Positions 16,778 to 26,384 of a stretch of DNA of 32,000 bases are shown piece after piece; positions within the stretch are counted from its first letter, which is position 1, and the number at the start of each line of letters is the position of its first letter. Below the pieces are notes generated by a model, which did no database searches, was not told the origin of the DNA, and worked only from the letters and a program-made list of their open reading frames with translations. The DNA comes from Telmatocola sphagniphila (GTDB lineage: Bacteria > Planctomycetota > Planctomycetia > Gemmatales > Gemmataceae): NCBI RefSeq assembly GCF_018398935.1, contig NZ_CP074694.1, positions 2,640,001 through 2,672,000 on the forward strand, in the 5' to 3' direction. The translations under genes were made by a program, and so were the position numbers.

Positions 16778-17917
16778 CTACTTTTTGAAGAAGTTCGTCA
16801 GCTCGATTTCTTCAAAGGGATTCTTAGTCGCCGAGCGGTCACCTCCCACCGACACGTGCATCACCCGGCGGCTCGGTTCAAAAACCACGGCATGAATCGT
16901 CGATTTCCCCTGATTGACGCGATCCAGCGATTTGACCACATCCGGGACCCCATACTTATCGTCACACTTCTGGCATTCCTGCAGCTTGGCATAGCGATCA
17001 CATTTTTTATGGACCGAAAGCTCTTCGGTGCGAAAGTGGTTCGTAGTGCAGCAGACCCCGTTTTCGGCGGTGCGCGGCACCACGTTCTTCGTGGTCACTT
17101 CCAGCACCCGGCCACCGGATTTATCGCAGAGCGTTAAGACGTACATGCCAGTACGTTTTGCTTCCCGAACCAATTTTTCCGCCTGATCGAGATTCTCGCA
17201 TTCTTCCATCACCCGGCGAAACAAAAGCAGCATGGGAGTTCCCGTAACATCCAAAGGCGGGGTTTTGTCCTTCGTCGCATAGATTTCATTAATCGTGAGA
17301 CAGAGCCCGGAATCATTCATCGCGGTGACCACACCGATGAGCGGAGAAATAGTCAGTGCGGCAAAAGCATGCTTCCCCTTGGGCTTTTCGACAACGATCA
17401 GCGAATGCTGCGCCAGCCCTTCGAACGGCGGCCAATCCAGGAGTCGGCCAAAGAGCGGTTCGCCGGTTTGGCTACGCGTCTTTTCGACGATCAGCGTGGA
17501 GCAGCCACCGATTTTTTTCAGATCGGCCACGGTATTCGCAAATATGAGCAATTTGAGATCGATTCCCGAGGCTTTGGCGGCACTTTCGATTTCGGTACGG
17601 TGATCTTTCGGGAATGAATCGAGCATGCCCGCACTCATTTTCAAGAGCAGCGGATAGGCCGATTTGAAGCCAATGGAGTCGACGAAACCATCAATTTGCT
17701 TGAGCAGATTTTTACCTTGAGACATGGCAATGGCCCCGTACTGCTTCCCGAGTTCCTCGGGTGTGCCCTCGACGACGAGAACGGGAATGCCTTTGACGTA
17801 CTGAAGCTTACCCGGTCCTTCGGTTTGCTCCTTGTAAACGAATTTGGAATGGGCGTCCTGGGCGAAGAGAGGAAAGCTGCTTGCTAAACACAAAACGAAT
17901 GACCAGAGATAGCGCAT
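16778..17917 (-). CDS. Periplasmic C45-family Ntn-hydrolase (acyl-CoA:6-APA acyltransferase-like peptidase)
   Basis: 379 aa. Signal peptide MRYLWSFVLCLASSFPLFAQ. VVEGTPEELGKQYG block. Putative autoproteolytic nucleophile in KKIGGCSTLIV, followed by GEPLFGRLLDW. MNDSGLCLTINE and TTNHF are also present. AGGAG lies 7 nt upstream of the ATG, and the gap to the upstream permease stop is 13 nt. Confidence 0.62.
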   Translation of the reverse strand: MRYLWSFVLCLASSFPLFAQDAHSKFVYKEQTEGPGKLQYVKGIPVLVVEGTPEELGKQYGAIAMSQGKNLLKQIDGFVDSIGFKSAYPLLLKMSAGMLDSFPKDHRTEIESAAKASGIDLKLLIFANTVADLKKIGGCSTLIVEKTRSQTGEPLFGRLLDWPPFEGLAQHSLIVVEKPKGKHAFAALTISPLIGVVTAMNDSGLCLTINEIYATKDKTPPLDVTGTPMLLLFRRVMEECENLDQAEKLVREAKRTGMYVLTLCDKSGGRVLEVTTKNVVPRTAENGVCCTTNHFRTEELSVHKKCDRYAKLQECQKCDDKYGVPDVVKSLDRVNQGKSTIHAVVFEPSRRVMHVSVGGDRSATKNPFEEIELTNFFKK

Positions 17918-17930
17918 CGCGAACTCCTAA

Positions 17931-19757
17931 TTATTCATCGCGGGCGGCCACCTCCGATACGACTTCAAATTCACTAATCAGAGGCTTCAGCATAGCATAG
18001 ATGGCAAAACCAAATGTTCCACCAACCATCAAAAACGGGATCAGCGGATCCGTTGATTCGTTAGTCCCCGGCTTGGCAATCAAGACGTTGGTTACCGAAT
18101 AAAACATGGCGAGCGGGCAGATGGTGGAGGCCAGCGAAAGGGCTGGTGCCGGCCGCCCGGAGCTCAAGACCCACCAGAACCCCCCAATTCCAAGCAGCAG
18201 GAAGCCGCTGAAACTCAGCAATTGATTCCCCAGGCTGTTGCCGTTGATTATGATCAAATAGATGCTGATCAGCGTGCCAATCGACAGAAAGAAAATCGTT
18301 CCCAGCGTATTCCCAATCGCCAGACGGCTATTATCGATTCGCAGAGCCACATGCAGCCCGAGCATGATTGCAAAGGCCAGCATCACCAGCACGGTACCGA
18401 AAGAACAGACGATGGAAAGCCACGAAGTCGCAAGTATCCCCTCTCCGGAGTTGGCAACCGTCGCCGGAGCGAACGCGCCCGCTAAGCCATAAAGTATGAC
18501 CATTACCAAGGGGGGAATCAAAAATTCCTTCGTATTCCAGATCACGCCGCCAATCTTGCCGATCATGAATTCGCGTGGGGACAGATCGGTCACCAGCAAC
18601 AAGTCGAGAGTTCTGCCGTCTCGTTCGGAAGTGATTGAGGTGACGGCCTGAGCCGCCAGCAACAGCAGACTAATAACCCCTGCGGGAATCAGGCCATAAG
18701 CGGCCGCGAAAGTCGGCCGTTCCCCGGAGCGGTACAGCGAATGGAACGCGAAATAGCAGATTAGCCCGAGTACCAGGAAATAAATCAGTTTCACCATCAG
18801 TGGCCTTCGACCATAGGCCAGAGTTCGGATTTCTCGCCAAAGAATCGGGTTTTCCCAGACCGCGCGAGCCTTCCCTGGCGCGGCGTGAGCTTTGGAACGA
18901 TCGACGGCTTCCAATTCCGATTCGCTGGGAACTTCGCGTTGAATAATCGGCTCGCCGCTGGGGTTCCATTTACGCAGTTTCCAGATTCCAAAAGCGTTGA
19001 GGAACACGCAGAAAGCGATCATCACGGCGAAGAAAATATAGGCGGGGGCAATTTCGGTTCCCCCTTCAATCGGTGGTTCTAATACGGAGCGGAGTGTCAG
19101 GAACGGATCAAACCAGGCTTGGATGTTGCTCCAAAGAGCATCGGAATTGACATTGGCGACGAACATCCCCACCAGACTCGGCAATCCCTGAACCAGGGAC
19201 AAATAGAGGACCAGACCCAGTACCGCCAGGGCGAGAGATTGGAATGTTCTTTCCCGCCATAACGCTATCAGCCCCCCCAGCGACCCGGCCGCCAGAGAGG
19301 TTCCCGCGAACACCAGCCCGGCCTGAATCACCTGCTCGACGGAAATGCCCCCGAGCAACAGACACAGGAAAAATACCGGCATGACGCAGGTGAGAATGAT
19401 GCCAATCGGCAGTAAACTTCCGAGCATCTTACCGAGCACGATCTCGTAATCGCGCATATCGGTCAGCAGAAGCAAAATGAAAGTTCGACGATCTTTTTCC
19501 TGAGCGATCGTACTGGCGGCCGAAAGAGCCGAGAAAAACAGAAGGAGTGTCAAAAGGACGTAGGAAATAATTTGAAAGTAAAGTAGGCCGAAGTGAGCAG
19601 TTTGACCCAGGGTGGGATCCAAATTAAATCCGACAGTTGCCTGCCAGGCGGTCAACCCGATGACCCAGAGCAGAGCCAGCAGGCCCACTCTCGCGATGTG
19701 GTGTTTATCCCGCCGGGGTACAGTTACAAATTCCCTGGCGAAAATTGGCCCCAGCAC
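17931..19757 (-). CDS. ABC-2-type transporter permease, internally duplicated (two 6-TM-like halves)
   Basis: 608 aa with a GTG start preceded by GGGGAG. The first half opens PIFAREFVTVPRR. The second half opens with the analogous ENPILWREIRTLAYGRRP motif. The rest is highly hydrophobic. No ATPase gene is adjacent in the window. Confidence 0.68.
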   Translation of the reverse strand: MLGPIFAREFVTVPRRDKHHIARVGLLALLWVIGLTAWQATVGFNLDPTLGQTAHFGLLYFQIISYVLLTLLLFFSALSAASTIAQEKDRRTFILLLLTDMRDYEIVLGKMLGSLLPIGIILTCVMPVFFLCLLLGGISVEQVIQAGLVFAGTSLAAGSLGGLIALWRERTFQSLALAVLGLVLYLSLVQGLPSLVGMFVANVNSDALWSNIQAWFDPFLTLRSVLEPPIEGGTEIAPAYIFFAVMIAFCVFLNAFGIWKLRKWNPSGEPIIQREVPSESELEAVDRSKAHAAPGKARAVWENPILWREIRTLAYGRRPLMVKLIYFLVLGLICYFAFHSLYRSGERPTFAAAYGLIPAGVISLLLLAAQAVTSITSERDGRTLDLLLVTDLSPREFMIGKIGGVIWNTKEFLIPPLVMVILYGLAGAFAPATVANSGEGILATSWLSIVCSFGTVLVMLAFAIMLGLHVALRIDNSRLAIGNTLGTIFFLSIGTLISIYLIIINGNSLGNQLLSFSGFLLLGIGGFWWVLSSGRPAPALSLASTICPLAMFYSVTNVLIAKPGTNESTDPLIPFLMVGGTFGFAIYAMLKPLISEFEVVSEVAARDE

Positions 19758-19853
19758 GCGAACTCCCCGCTTGAAATAATGTCCTGATCTCTATCTTTCG
19801 GACCTTCGATCTTTAGATTACCGAAAGGCTCGCCAAAAGGAAGGAACTTCGAT

Positions 19854-20852
19854 TTGTCTCCAGATGCTACGAAAAAAATTCTCGTTTTGTTCTTCGATCG
19901 TCTACCGACCCGTTGGATTTCCGGCTACGGCAGCGACTGGCTCGAAACACCCGAGTTCGACAAAATGATGGCCGAGGGGCTGACCTTCGATGATTATTTT
20001 TCCGCCAATATCGACCCGAACGACGATTCCTGGATCGATCCGCTCCTGGAAAAACTGGAAGGAAACGATATTCCCCTGGAGCAGGAATTCCTGCCGCTTT
20101 CGCATCTGGCGGCCACTCTGGAAGCCAGCGAGGACGATGAACCGACCGAGGAGGAGGCTCTGGTAGCCGATACGCTAGAAGAAATCGTCGGATTTTTTAG
20201 CGAAGAGGAGGCCGGGGTATATTGGTTGGAAATTCAAACGAATCTTTCTGAAAGGCTCGCCCAACAACTTCCTGACGACCGGGAACCGGCCAGTTCCGCC
20301 ATCGCCGAATTGATGAAGCAAGCGGATTTTCTGGTTGGGATGATTCGCGAAACCCTGAAACAACGCGAACTGGAAGATAAAGTCTCGATTATTTTAACGA
20401 GCGGAGAAGGCTGCCCGCTTCCCCACCAAAAAGCGGGTACCCTGCACTCTGCTGCCACGCACTTGCCCTTGATCGTTCTCCATCCCAACGCGGCCATCGG
20501 CGAACGCCGGGAGGCCATTTGTACCGAAATTGATTTGGCAGATTTCCTGGTGAACGGAAATTCGTCGGAACAAGAACCGCTCGGGCTGACTCCGTTGTTT
20601 CAATCGGATCTCGCACAGCTCCATGAATACCTGATCCAAAAATCGGCTGATGCGATCGCTCTGCGAACTCCGGCCTGGCTTTTTATTGAACAGGCGGAAC
20701 GCAATTTACTTTTCAAGAAACCCGAAGATCGCTTTGAAGTCAATGATTTATCTAACAAGCAACAGGAGTGGTGCGAATCGGCCCGTAAATTCCTGCAGTT
20801 GGTAAAGAATTCCTTAACTCCGTTACCATTGCCCGAGCCGCTCAAGACTTAG
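19854..20852 (+). CDS. Acidic sulfatase/alkaline-phosphatase-superfamily-like protein, apparently catalytically degenerate
   Basis: 332 aa with a TTG start preceded by AAGGAAGGA. KKILVLFFDRLPTRWISGYGSDWLETPEFDKMMAEGLTFDDYFS parallels the sulfatase N-terminus (ILLI.DDLR...GCYG....TPNLDRLA.EG..F.NAYS). ILTSGEGCP parallels IFTSDHG, and HLPLIVLHP parallels HVPLII. No C/S-x-P-x-R nucleophile motif is present. Confidence 0.42.
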   Translation: MSPDATKKILVLFFDRLPTRWISGYGSDWLETPEFDKMMAEGLTFDDYFSANIDPNDDSWIDPLLEKLEGNDIPLEQEFLPLSHLAATLEASEDDEPTEEEALVADTLEEIVGFFSEEEAGVYWLEIQTNLSERLAQQLPDDREPASSAIAELMKQADFLVGMIRETLKQRELEDKVSIILTSGEGCPLPHQKAGTLHSAATHLPLIVLHPNAAIGERREAICTEIDLADFLVNGNSSEQEPLGLTPLFQSDLAQLHEYLIQKSADAIALRTPAWLFIEQAERNLLFKKPEDRFEVNDLSNKQQEWCESARKFLQLVKNSLTPLPLPEPLKT

Positions 20853-20872
20853 GATCTTGCTTGGCTGCGAAA

Positions 20873-21994
20873 TCACTCGGTGTATCGAGCAACTACTTTG
20901 TCGCGAAGTAATTGTCGAAGCTCAGCCGCTCCTTCGAAAATATCGAACTCTATTCGAAGGTAATACAGCGGGCGCAAACCTAAATTCGATATACGAAGCT
21001 TCACAAAATCTTTCTGCGTTGTGAGAACGGGCATTCCCGCCGGAAACGAGCTTGCCCATTCGCCGAGAGATTTCACATCCGTAGACCGAAAATTGAAATG
21101 ATCGGGATAGGTTCGAAAATCCTGAATCTCCACCCCTAGAGCTTCGAGAGTTTTTCGAAAACTTTCCGGATTGGCCAGACCGCAGAACGCCAAGGCCTTA
21201 TGACCTCGAAAACATTCCGGCGGTAAAGCCTCTGCTCCTTCCTGTTGCCAGATCGCCGGAGCATGTCGCGCCAGAGAGACGGGAAGGCCTGGCTTATACT
21301 TTTGAAACAACTCCCGCCAGGATTTTAGCGATAGTTCCGAAACTCGATCCGCATGGGTGAGAATCAAAGCATCGGCCCGGCGAATACCAGCGAGAGCTTC
21401 GCGGAGATAGCCGCGCGGAAAGATCCGAACCGCTTTTTGAGAGGCATCAAACAGTACGATATTCAGATCCCGCGCCAGCCGGCGATGTTGAAAGCCATCA
21501 TCGAGAATCAAGACTTGGGATTCCAACTCTTCGATGGCCGTGCGAGCCACCGCTGCCCGATTCCTGCCCTGCAAATGGGGCACATCGGGGAGATTTTCTT
21601 CAAGCAATAAAGCCTCGTCATTGGGTCCGGAATCCGAACCGTAGCCCCGACTCAGAATCGCCACCATCAGGTCCTGTTCGCGCAAATATTTGGCAATCCA
21701 CTCCACGCAAGGAGTCTTTCCGGTACCACCCAGGGTTAAATTCCCAATGCTGACCACTGGAACATCCACGGAGGCTGAAGAGAGGATTTTTTTATCGTAA
21801 AGCCAATTCCTGCAGGAGGTTACAAGTCTGTAGAGAAGGCCAAGCAACCCCAGGAAGGCATTGCCAGCCAGAGCGAGCGGGTTAGCAGATTTGTTCTCGA
21901 CGAGATTTTTCCAGGCGGCGACTATCGACAAAGAAACTCCTCGTAACGAGCAACTGACTATAATTAGTTCAGAGGTTAAATTATCATGCTGCAA
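20873..21994 (-). CDS. lpxK: Tetraacyldisaccharide 4'-kinase (lipid A biosynthesis)
   Basis: VPVVSIGNLTLGGTGKTPCVEWIAKYLREQDLMVAILSRGYG is the LpxK P-loop block, and ILDDGFQH is also present. The maximal ORF starts at the ATG at 21994. A more likely start is the TTG at 21931 (LSIVAAWKN...), which has AGGAG 5 nt upstream and removes the overlap with the divergent ORF at 21986. Confidence 0.88.
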   Translation of the reverse strand: MQHDNLTSELIIVSCSLRGVSLSIVAAWKNLVENKSANPLALAGNAFLGLLGLLYRLVTSCRNWLYDKKILSSASVDVPVVSIGNLTLGGTGKTPCVEWIAKYLREQDLMVAILSRGYGSDSGPNDEALLLEENLPDVPHLQGRNRAAVARTAIEELESQVLILDDGFQHRRLARDLNIVLFDASQKAVRIFPRGYLREALAGIRRADALILTHADRVSELSLKSWRELFQKYKPGLPVSLARHAPAIWQQEGAEALPPECFRGHKALAFCGLANPESFRKTLEALGVEIQDFRTYPDHFNFRSTDVKSLGEWASSFPAGMPVLTTQKDFVKLRISNLGLRPLYYLRIEFDIFEGAAELRQLLRDKVVARYTE

Positions 21995-22276
21995 CGCGGG
22001 ATTTATATATTTCTGACGGTGTTCTGGCTTGGCGTAGCTCTATTTCTGACGTTTCGCGGTTATTTGATGCCGGACTGGAATCCAGCAGAGGAACAGGCTC
22101 GGAAGCTTCAATGGCTTCAGGTGGCCTCTTTTATTTTCGTCGGTTGGAATTTGGTACGCTTGGCCTTGAATCGCTCTCAGAGGCGGCAACAGTCGCAAAT
22201 AGCCGAGGATTATGCTCGCCGCATTCAGGATCGCCCGGATCCGGCTAACAAAGCTAATCGGGAAACTTCGCCTTGA
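21986..22276 (+). CDS. Small hypothetical membrane protein (2 TM helices, basic tail)
   Basis: 96 aa. The two helices are IYIFLTVFWLGVALFLTF and WLQVASFIFVGWNLVRLAL. It is the first gene of the plus-strand run 21986-26374. Confidence 0.5.
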   Translation: MLQRGIYIFLTVFWLGVALFLTFRGYLMPDWNPAEEQARKLQWLQVASFIFVGWNLVRLALNRSQRRQQSQIAEDYARRIQDRPDPANKANRETSP

Positions 22277-22341
22277 AAAAAGGATAATGAAAAATTAAAA
22301 TTCAGACACCTACCTTCGCCCGTTCTGATTTTGCTTCGACT

Positions 22342-22971
22342 ATGAATACCTGCCTGAAGATTCCCGGTTTGCTGTTACTCTGCGCGCTCGGTATTTCGAC
22401 CCTCGGCTGTTCGGAGGATCCGGGCATCCGCCATTACAAGGAACCGCGAGTTGCCGGCGACACCAAAAAAGCCGAGGCACCGGGCAAGGCGTTCGTGCCG
22501 GAAGCCGGAAGTCTGATCCGCTATCTGAACGCCATCGTTCCCACTCCCGATGGGCGATCCTATTTCGTCAAATTGATGGGTCCACCGGAAGATCTCGCCA
22601 AAATCGAACCGGCGTTCACCAAGTTCATTCAATCGCTGAAGTTTCCCAAGGAAGCAGGCAAGAGTCTGACCTGGGAAGCGCCGGAGAACTGGACGACCGG
22701 TCCCGAGAATCAGATGCGGATCGCCACTTTGCGGATCCCCTCGGGGGAGAAGAAACTCGAATTGACGATCACGCTTTTCGGGGGTGATCTCAAAGCCAAC
22801 ATCGACCGTTGGCGCATGGAACTGGGCCTTCCGGAACTCGGTGCAATCGGTGACGCGGAATATCAGAAAACGGTTAAGGAAATGACTGTCGACGGCTCCA
22901 AAGTGTATATCGTCGATATGCAAGGTATCAAAAAACCAGGTGGCATGGCGCCGCCTTTCATGAAACAGTAA
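22342..22971 (+). CDS. Hypothetical lipoprotein
   Basis: 209 aa. Signal peptide with a lipobox: LLLLCALGISTLG|C. The mature part has a W..P..W......MR.A..RI ... NIDRWRMELGL pattern. I cannot name the family from memory. Confidence 0.65.
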   Translation: MNTCLKIPGLLLLCALGISTLGCSEDPGIRHYKEPRVAGDTKKAEAPGKAFVPEAGSLIRYLNAIVPTPDGRSYFVKLMGPPEDLAKIEPAFTKFIQSLKFPKEAGKSLTWEAPENWTTGPENQMRIATLRIPSGEKKLELTITLFGGDLKANIDRWRMELGLPELGAIGDAEYQKTVKEMTVDGSKVYIVDMQGIKKPGGMAPPFMKQ

Positions 22972-22999
22972 CTCCCCACTTGCTCAAGCGGTAATAGAT

Positions 23000-25900
23000 A
23001 TGGCAAACGATCCCAAGATACACGATAGCTACGTGAGCGAGACGCCGAGTTACAAATCGTCGCTCGAAACATCTACTCTCCCCGAATGGCGGCACATTCT
23101 CAAGCCGCTCGCTTCGTTGCAATTGACAGTTACTCTCTTCGTACTGTCGCTGCTATTGGTCTTTTACGGCACTTTGGCTCAGAAAACCAGCAGCACCTGG
23201 ACGGCCGTGGATGATTATTTCCGCTCTTACCACGTCTGGATTCCCAATCAGTTGAACGCTGAATTTTTCTCGACCTTCTTCGATAGCTGGGTCGGCAAAA
23301 ATCCGCAATGGAGTGGCTCAATCCCCTTCCCCGGCGGGAAAACCATCGGCCTGCTCCTGCTGGCGAATCTGCTGGCCGCGCATCTCGTGCGATTCAAACT
23401 GACCTGGAAGCGCTCGGGCATTATCATCGTCCACCTCGGCCTGATATTGATGCTGCTCAGCGAATTGGTAACTGGCTATTTATCCGTCGAGTCGCTCATG
23501 ATCATGCGCACGGGGGATCGCACCAATTTTGTCAGCTACTCTCGCGAGTACGAACTGGCTTTCACTAAACAGGGCGATCCCAAATTCGACGAGGCGATCA
23601 CGGTTTCGCAAAAGCTCTTGAAGGATGGGAACAGGATCTCCGATCCGGAACTGCCGGTCGATATCCAGGTCGTTGAATACTGGCCCAACTCTGAGCTGCT
23701 TCTGATCGCCCCGGCGACATTGACTCAGACTTCGGTGACGGTGATTACCGATCCCCGGAGCATGTCCACGGCGGAACACAAGCTCACCCCCACCGATGTG
23801 ATTCTTACGTTGCTTGATGGCAAAAAATATCTACTGACTCGTTCGCGAATCGTAACCGGGGTCGAAGCATCCGAAAAAGAGAACATGCCGACGATTGTGG
23901 TCGACCTTTTTGAAAAAGGGACCGAGAAGAAAATCGGCACTTATCACCTTTCGGATTGGGATTTCTTCTATTCCATTCGCGGCCTCCAAATGTTCCCGGA
24001 AGTGACCGTGGAACACCAGGGCGAAAAGTACACAGTCAGTTTCCGGAATCGCCGTTCTTATCGCCCCTTCTCGATCGAACTGAAGAATTTCGAACACAAA
24101 GTCTATGAAGGAACGCAGATGGCTCGAGATTTCGCCAGCACGGTGAAACTCGTCGATTCGGATGGCTACGAAAAGGACGACATCCGGATCTGGATGAATA
24201 ATCCCCTTCGATACAAGGGCGAATCCTTCTTCCAGCATCAGCATATGGGCGATGGCCAGGGCACCGTGCTGATGGTAGTGAAGAACCCGGCCCGACTTTG
24301 GCCTTATATTTCTTGCGCTATGGTGACTCTCGGTCTGATCGTTCAGTTTTTATTGAGTCTGAACAAAAAAATGAGCACCATGGCCCAACAGGAAGAGAAG
24401 GCACTGGAAGCAAAAGAGGCAAAATTGGCCGCAAAAAAATCGGCCCGAGGATCTGAAAAGCCACCTCACAATTTGGAAGCCGAGGAAAATCCCGATGCGG
24501 TATCTCCCTCACTCCTGCTGACCTTTTTGCCTCTGGCTACCGTCTTAATTGCCGCGACCTGGCTGGCCTCGAAATACAACGAATTGAAAACGGCTTCCAG
24601 CGATCCGGTCTATCGCCAAATCGCTCGACTTCCGATCATGGAAGAAGGTCGCGTGATGCCGCTGGACACCTATGCCCGCTTCCGGCTGCAATCGATCAGT
24701 AACCGCACGGAAGTATTCAAATGGAATGCAGAGAAGCACAAAGCGGAGTACTCGAAATCAGCGCTGGAATGGATTCTCGATACCATGCGGAATTCTTCCC
24801 CGATCGAGGGACCAGGTGCCAAGAATCAGATTTTCCGCATCGATAATGATGAATTACTCGGAGCGATGAAACTGGAGCCGCGGCCAGGTTTCTTCCGTTA
24901 CTCCCTGGAGGAAATCGCCCCTTCCTATCAGAATCTCGTCAAGCATGTCGAGGAAGCGGTGAAAAAAGATCCCAAACAGCGGGAACTTTTCGACGAAAAA
25001 GTCCTTCTGCTGAGAAGCAAAATCGAAGTATATCTCAGCATAGCCTTGGGAAACACTCCACACATTTATCCGCCGATCGCTGCGGGTGGAAGTTGGGAAA
25101 GTGTACACGATCAAGAGGAGAACATTAAGAAGTTCAATCCTTCTGCCGCGCAGCGTGATGAAGCTCGTGAACGTGCCAAGAAGCGAATTGAAAGCATTCT
25201 CATTCAGCAATTCGGTAAACTCGAAAGCGTTCCGCCGAAGATTATGGAACAGGCAAAAGGACTGGAAGACGAAACCACCGCTCGCGAACTCTATGAGGAT
25301 TACCGAAATACTCTGCCGAAATTGAATCGCGACATCGATGATCTCATCGAAGCGCATCAGAATGGGAAAGCGAGTGAACTCGACAAGCTCATGCAGAGCA
25401 TCTGGGATTCCTATCCCAAAGATCCCTCGCCTTACAGTCAATCTAAGATCGAGAGGGAAGTGCGAATGAATTTCCTCTCCCCCTTCTATTATTCGTGTTT
25501 CCTGTATCTGACCTCGGCGATCCTGATTATGGCATCGCTTTTGTTCGGACAAGTGAAGGTCCTCAGCAGAATGGCCTTCGGCTTAACCGCTTTAACGTTT
25601 CTGGTGCACACCACAGCCTTGATTATGCGAATGGTTATTCAGGAACGCCCCCCGGTGACCAATTTATACTCATCGGCCATCTTCATCGGCTGGTTCGCCG
25701 TCGGCCTTTCATTGGTTTTCAGTCGCGTGCTGAAATCCGATCTTCCGACCTTGGCGGGGAATTTCATCGGAGCGGCCACGCTCTACATCGCCAACGTCTA
25801 TCTGAGTGCTTCTGGAGATTCCCTCGGGATGCTGCAAGCGGTGTTGGATACCGACTTCTGGTTGGCCACGCACGTGACCACTGTTACGATTGGCTATAGC

Positions 25901-26374
25901 GTGACTTATCTGGCGGGAATACTTGGTATTGTCTACATTTTTGCCCGTCCATTTGTGGATGCCAAGCAGTCGAAATACATCGCGGGCATGATTTACGGCT
26001 CGACCTGTCTGGCCATACTGTTCAGCTTTCTGGGGACGGTGCTGGGCGGACTCTGGGCCGATGCTTCCTGGGGTCGATTCTGGGGCTGGGATCCCAAAGA
26101 GAATGGGGCCGTACTGGTAGTGATTTGGAATGCCCTGATTCTGCACGCTCGCTGGTGCGGACTCGCCAAGAACCGTGGGATTGCATTGCTGGCTATCGGC
26201 GGCATTATGGTCACCACCTGGTCCTGGTTCGGTACCAACCAGTTGGGGATTGGTCTGCATGCTTACGGTTTCGATAAAGGCTTGGCAGAATTCTGCCAGT
26301 ATACCTGGGAAGGTACGATTCTGCTGATCGGTCTGGGCCTCATCCCCTTCAAGTTCCACCCTAAAGCGGCTTAA
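23000..26374 (+). CDS. ccsBA: Fused System II cytochrome c biogenesis protein CcsBA (ResB/Ccs1-like N-terminal half plus CcsA-like C-terminal half)
   Basis: 1124 aa. ResB-like blocks: LASLQLTVTLFVLSLLLVFYGTLAQ and MNNPLRYKGESFFQ. K/E-rich linker: QQEEKALEAKEAKLAAKKSA. CcsA-type periplasmic block: LPIMEEGRVMPLDTYARF. WWD haem-handling motif WGRFWGWDPKENG at nt 26069-26107, flanked by His-containing TM helices (FWLATHV, ILHARW). Confidence 0.85.
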   Translation: MANDPKIHDSYVSETPSYKSSLETSTLPEWRHILKPLASLQLTVTLFVLSLLLVFYGTLAQKTSSTWTAVDDYFRSYHVWIPNQLNAEFFSTFFDSWVGKNPQWSGSIPFPGGKTIGLLLLANLLAAHLVRFKLTWKRSGIIIVHLGLILMLLSELVTGYLSVESLMIMRTGDRTNFVSYSREYELAFTKQGDPKFDEAITVSQKLLKDGNRISDPELPVDIQVVEYWPNSELLLIAPATLTQTSVTVITDPRSMSTAEHKLTPTDVILTLLDGKKYLLTRSRIVTGVEASEKENMPTIVVDLFEKGTEKKIGTYHLSDWDFFYSIRGLQMFPEVTVEHQGEKYTVSFRNRRSYRPFSIELKNFEHKVYEGTQMARDFASTVKLVDSDGYEKDDIRIWMNNPLRYKGESFFQHQHMGDGQGTVLMVVKNPARLWPYISCAMVTLGLIVQFLLSLNKKMSTMAQQEEKALEAKEAKLAAKKSARGSEKPPHNLEAEENPDAVSPSLLLTFLPLATVLIAATWLASKYNELKTASSDPVYRQIARLPIMEEGRVMPLDTYARFRLQSISNRTEVFKWNAEKHKAEYSKSALEWILDTMRNSSPIEGPGAKNQIFRIDNDELLGAMKLEPRPGFFRYSLEEIAPSYQNLVKHVEEAVKKDPKQRELFDEKVLLLRSKIEVYLSIALGNTPHIYPPIAAGGSWESVHDQEENIKKFNPSAAQRDEARERAKKRIESILIQQFGKLESVPPKIMEQAKGLEDETTARELYEDYRNTLPKLNRDIDDLIEAHQNGKASELDKLMQSIWDSYPKDPSPYSQSKIEREVRMNFLSPFYYSCFLYLTSAILIMASLLFGQVKVLSRMAFGLTALTFLVHTTALIMRMVIQERPPVTNLYSSAIFIGWFAVGLSLVFSRVLKSDLPTLAGNFIGAATLYIANVYLSASGDSLGMLQAVLDTDFWLATHVTTVTIGYSVTYLAGILGIVYIFARPFVDAKQSKYIAGMIYGSTCLAILFSFLGTVLGGLWADASWGRFWGWDPKENGAVLVVIWNALILHARWCGLAKNRGIALLAIGGIMVTTWSWFGTNQLGIGLHAYGFDKGLAEFCQYTWEGTILLIGLGLIPFKFHPKAA

Positions 26375-26384
26375 TTCCCGATTC

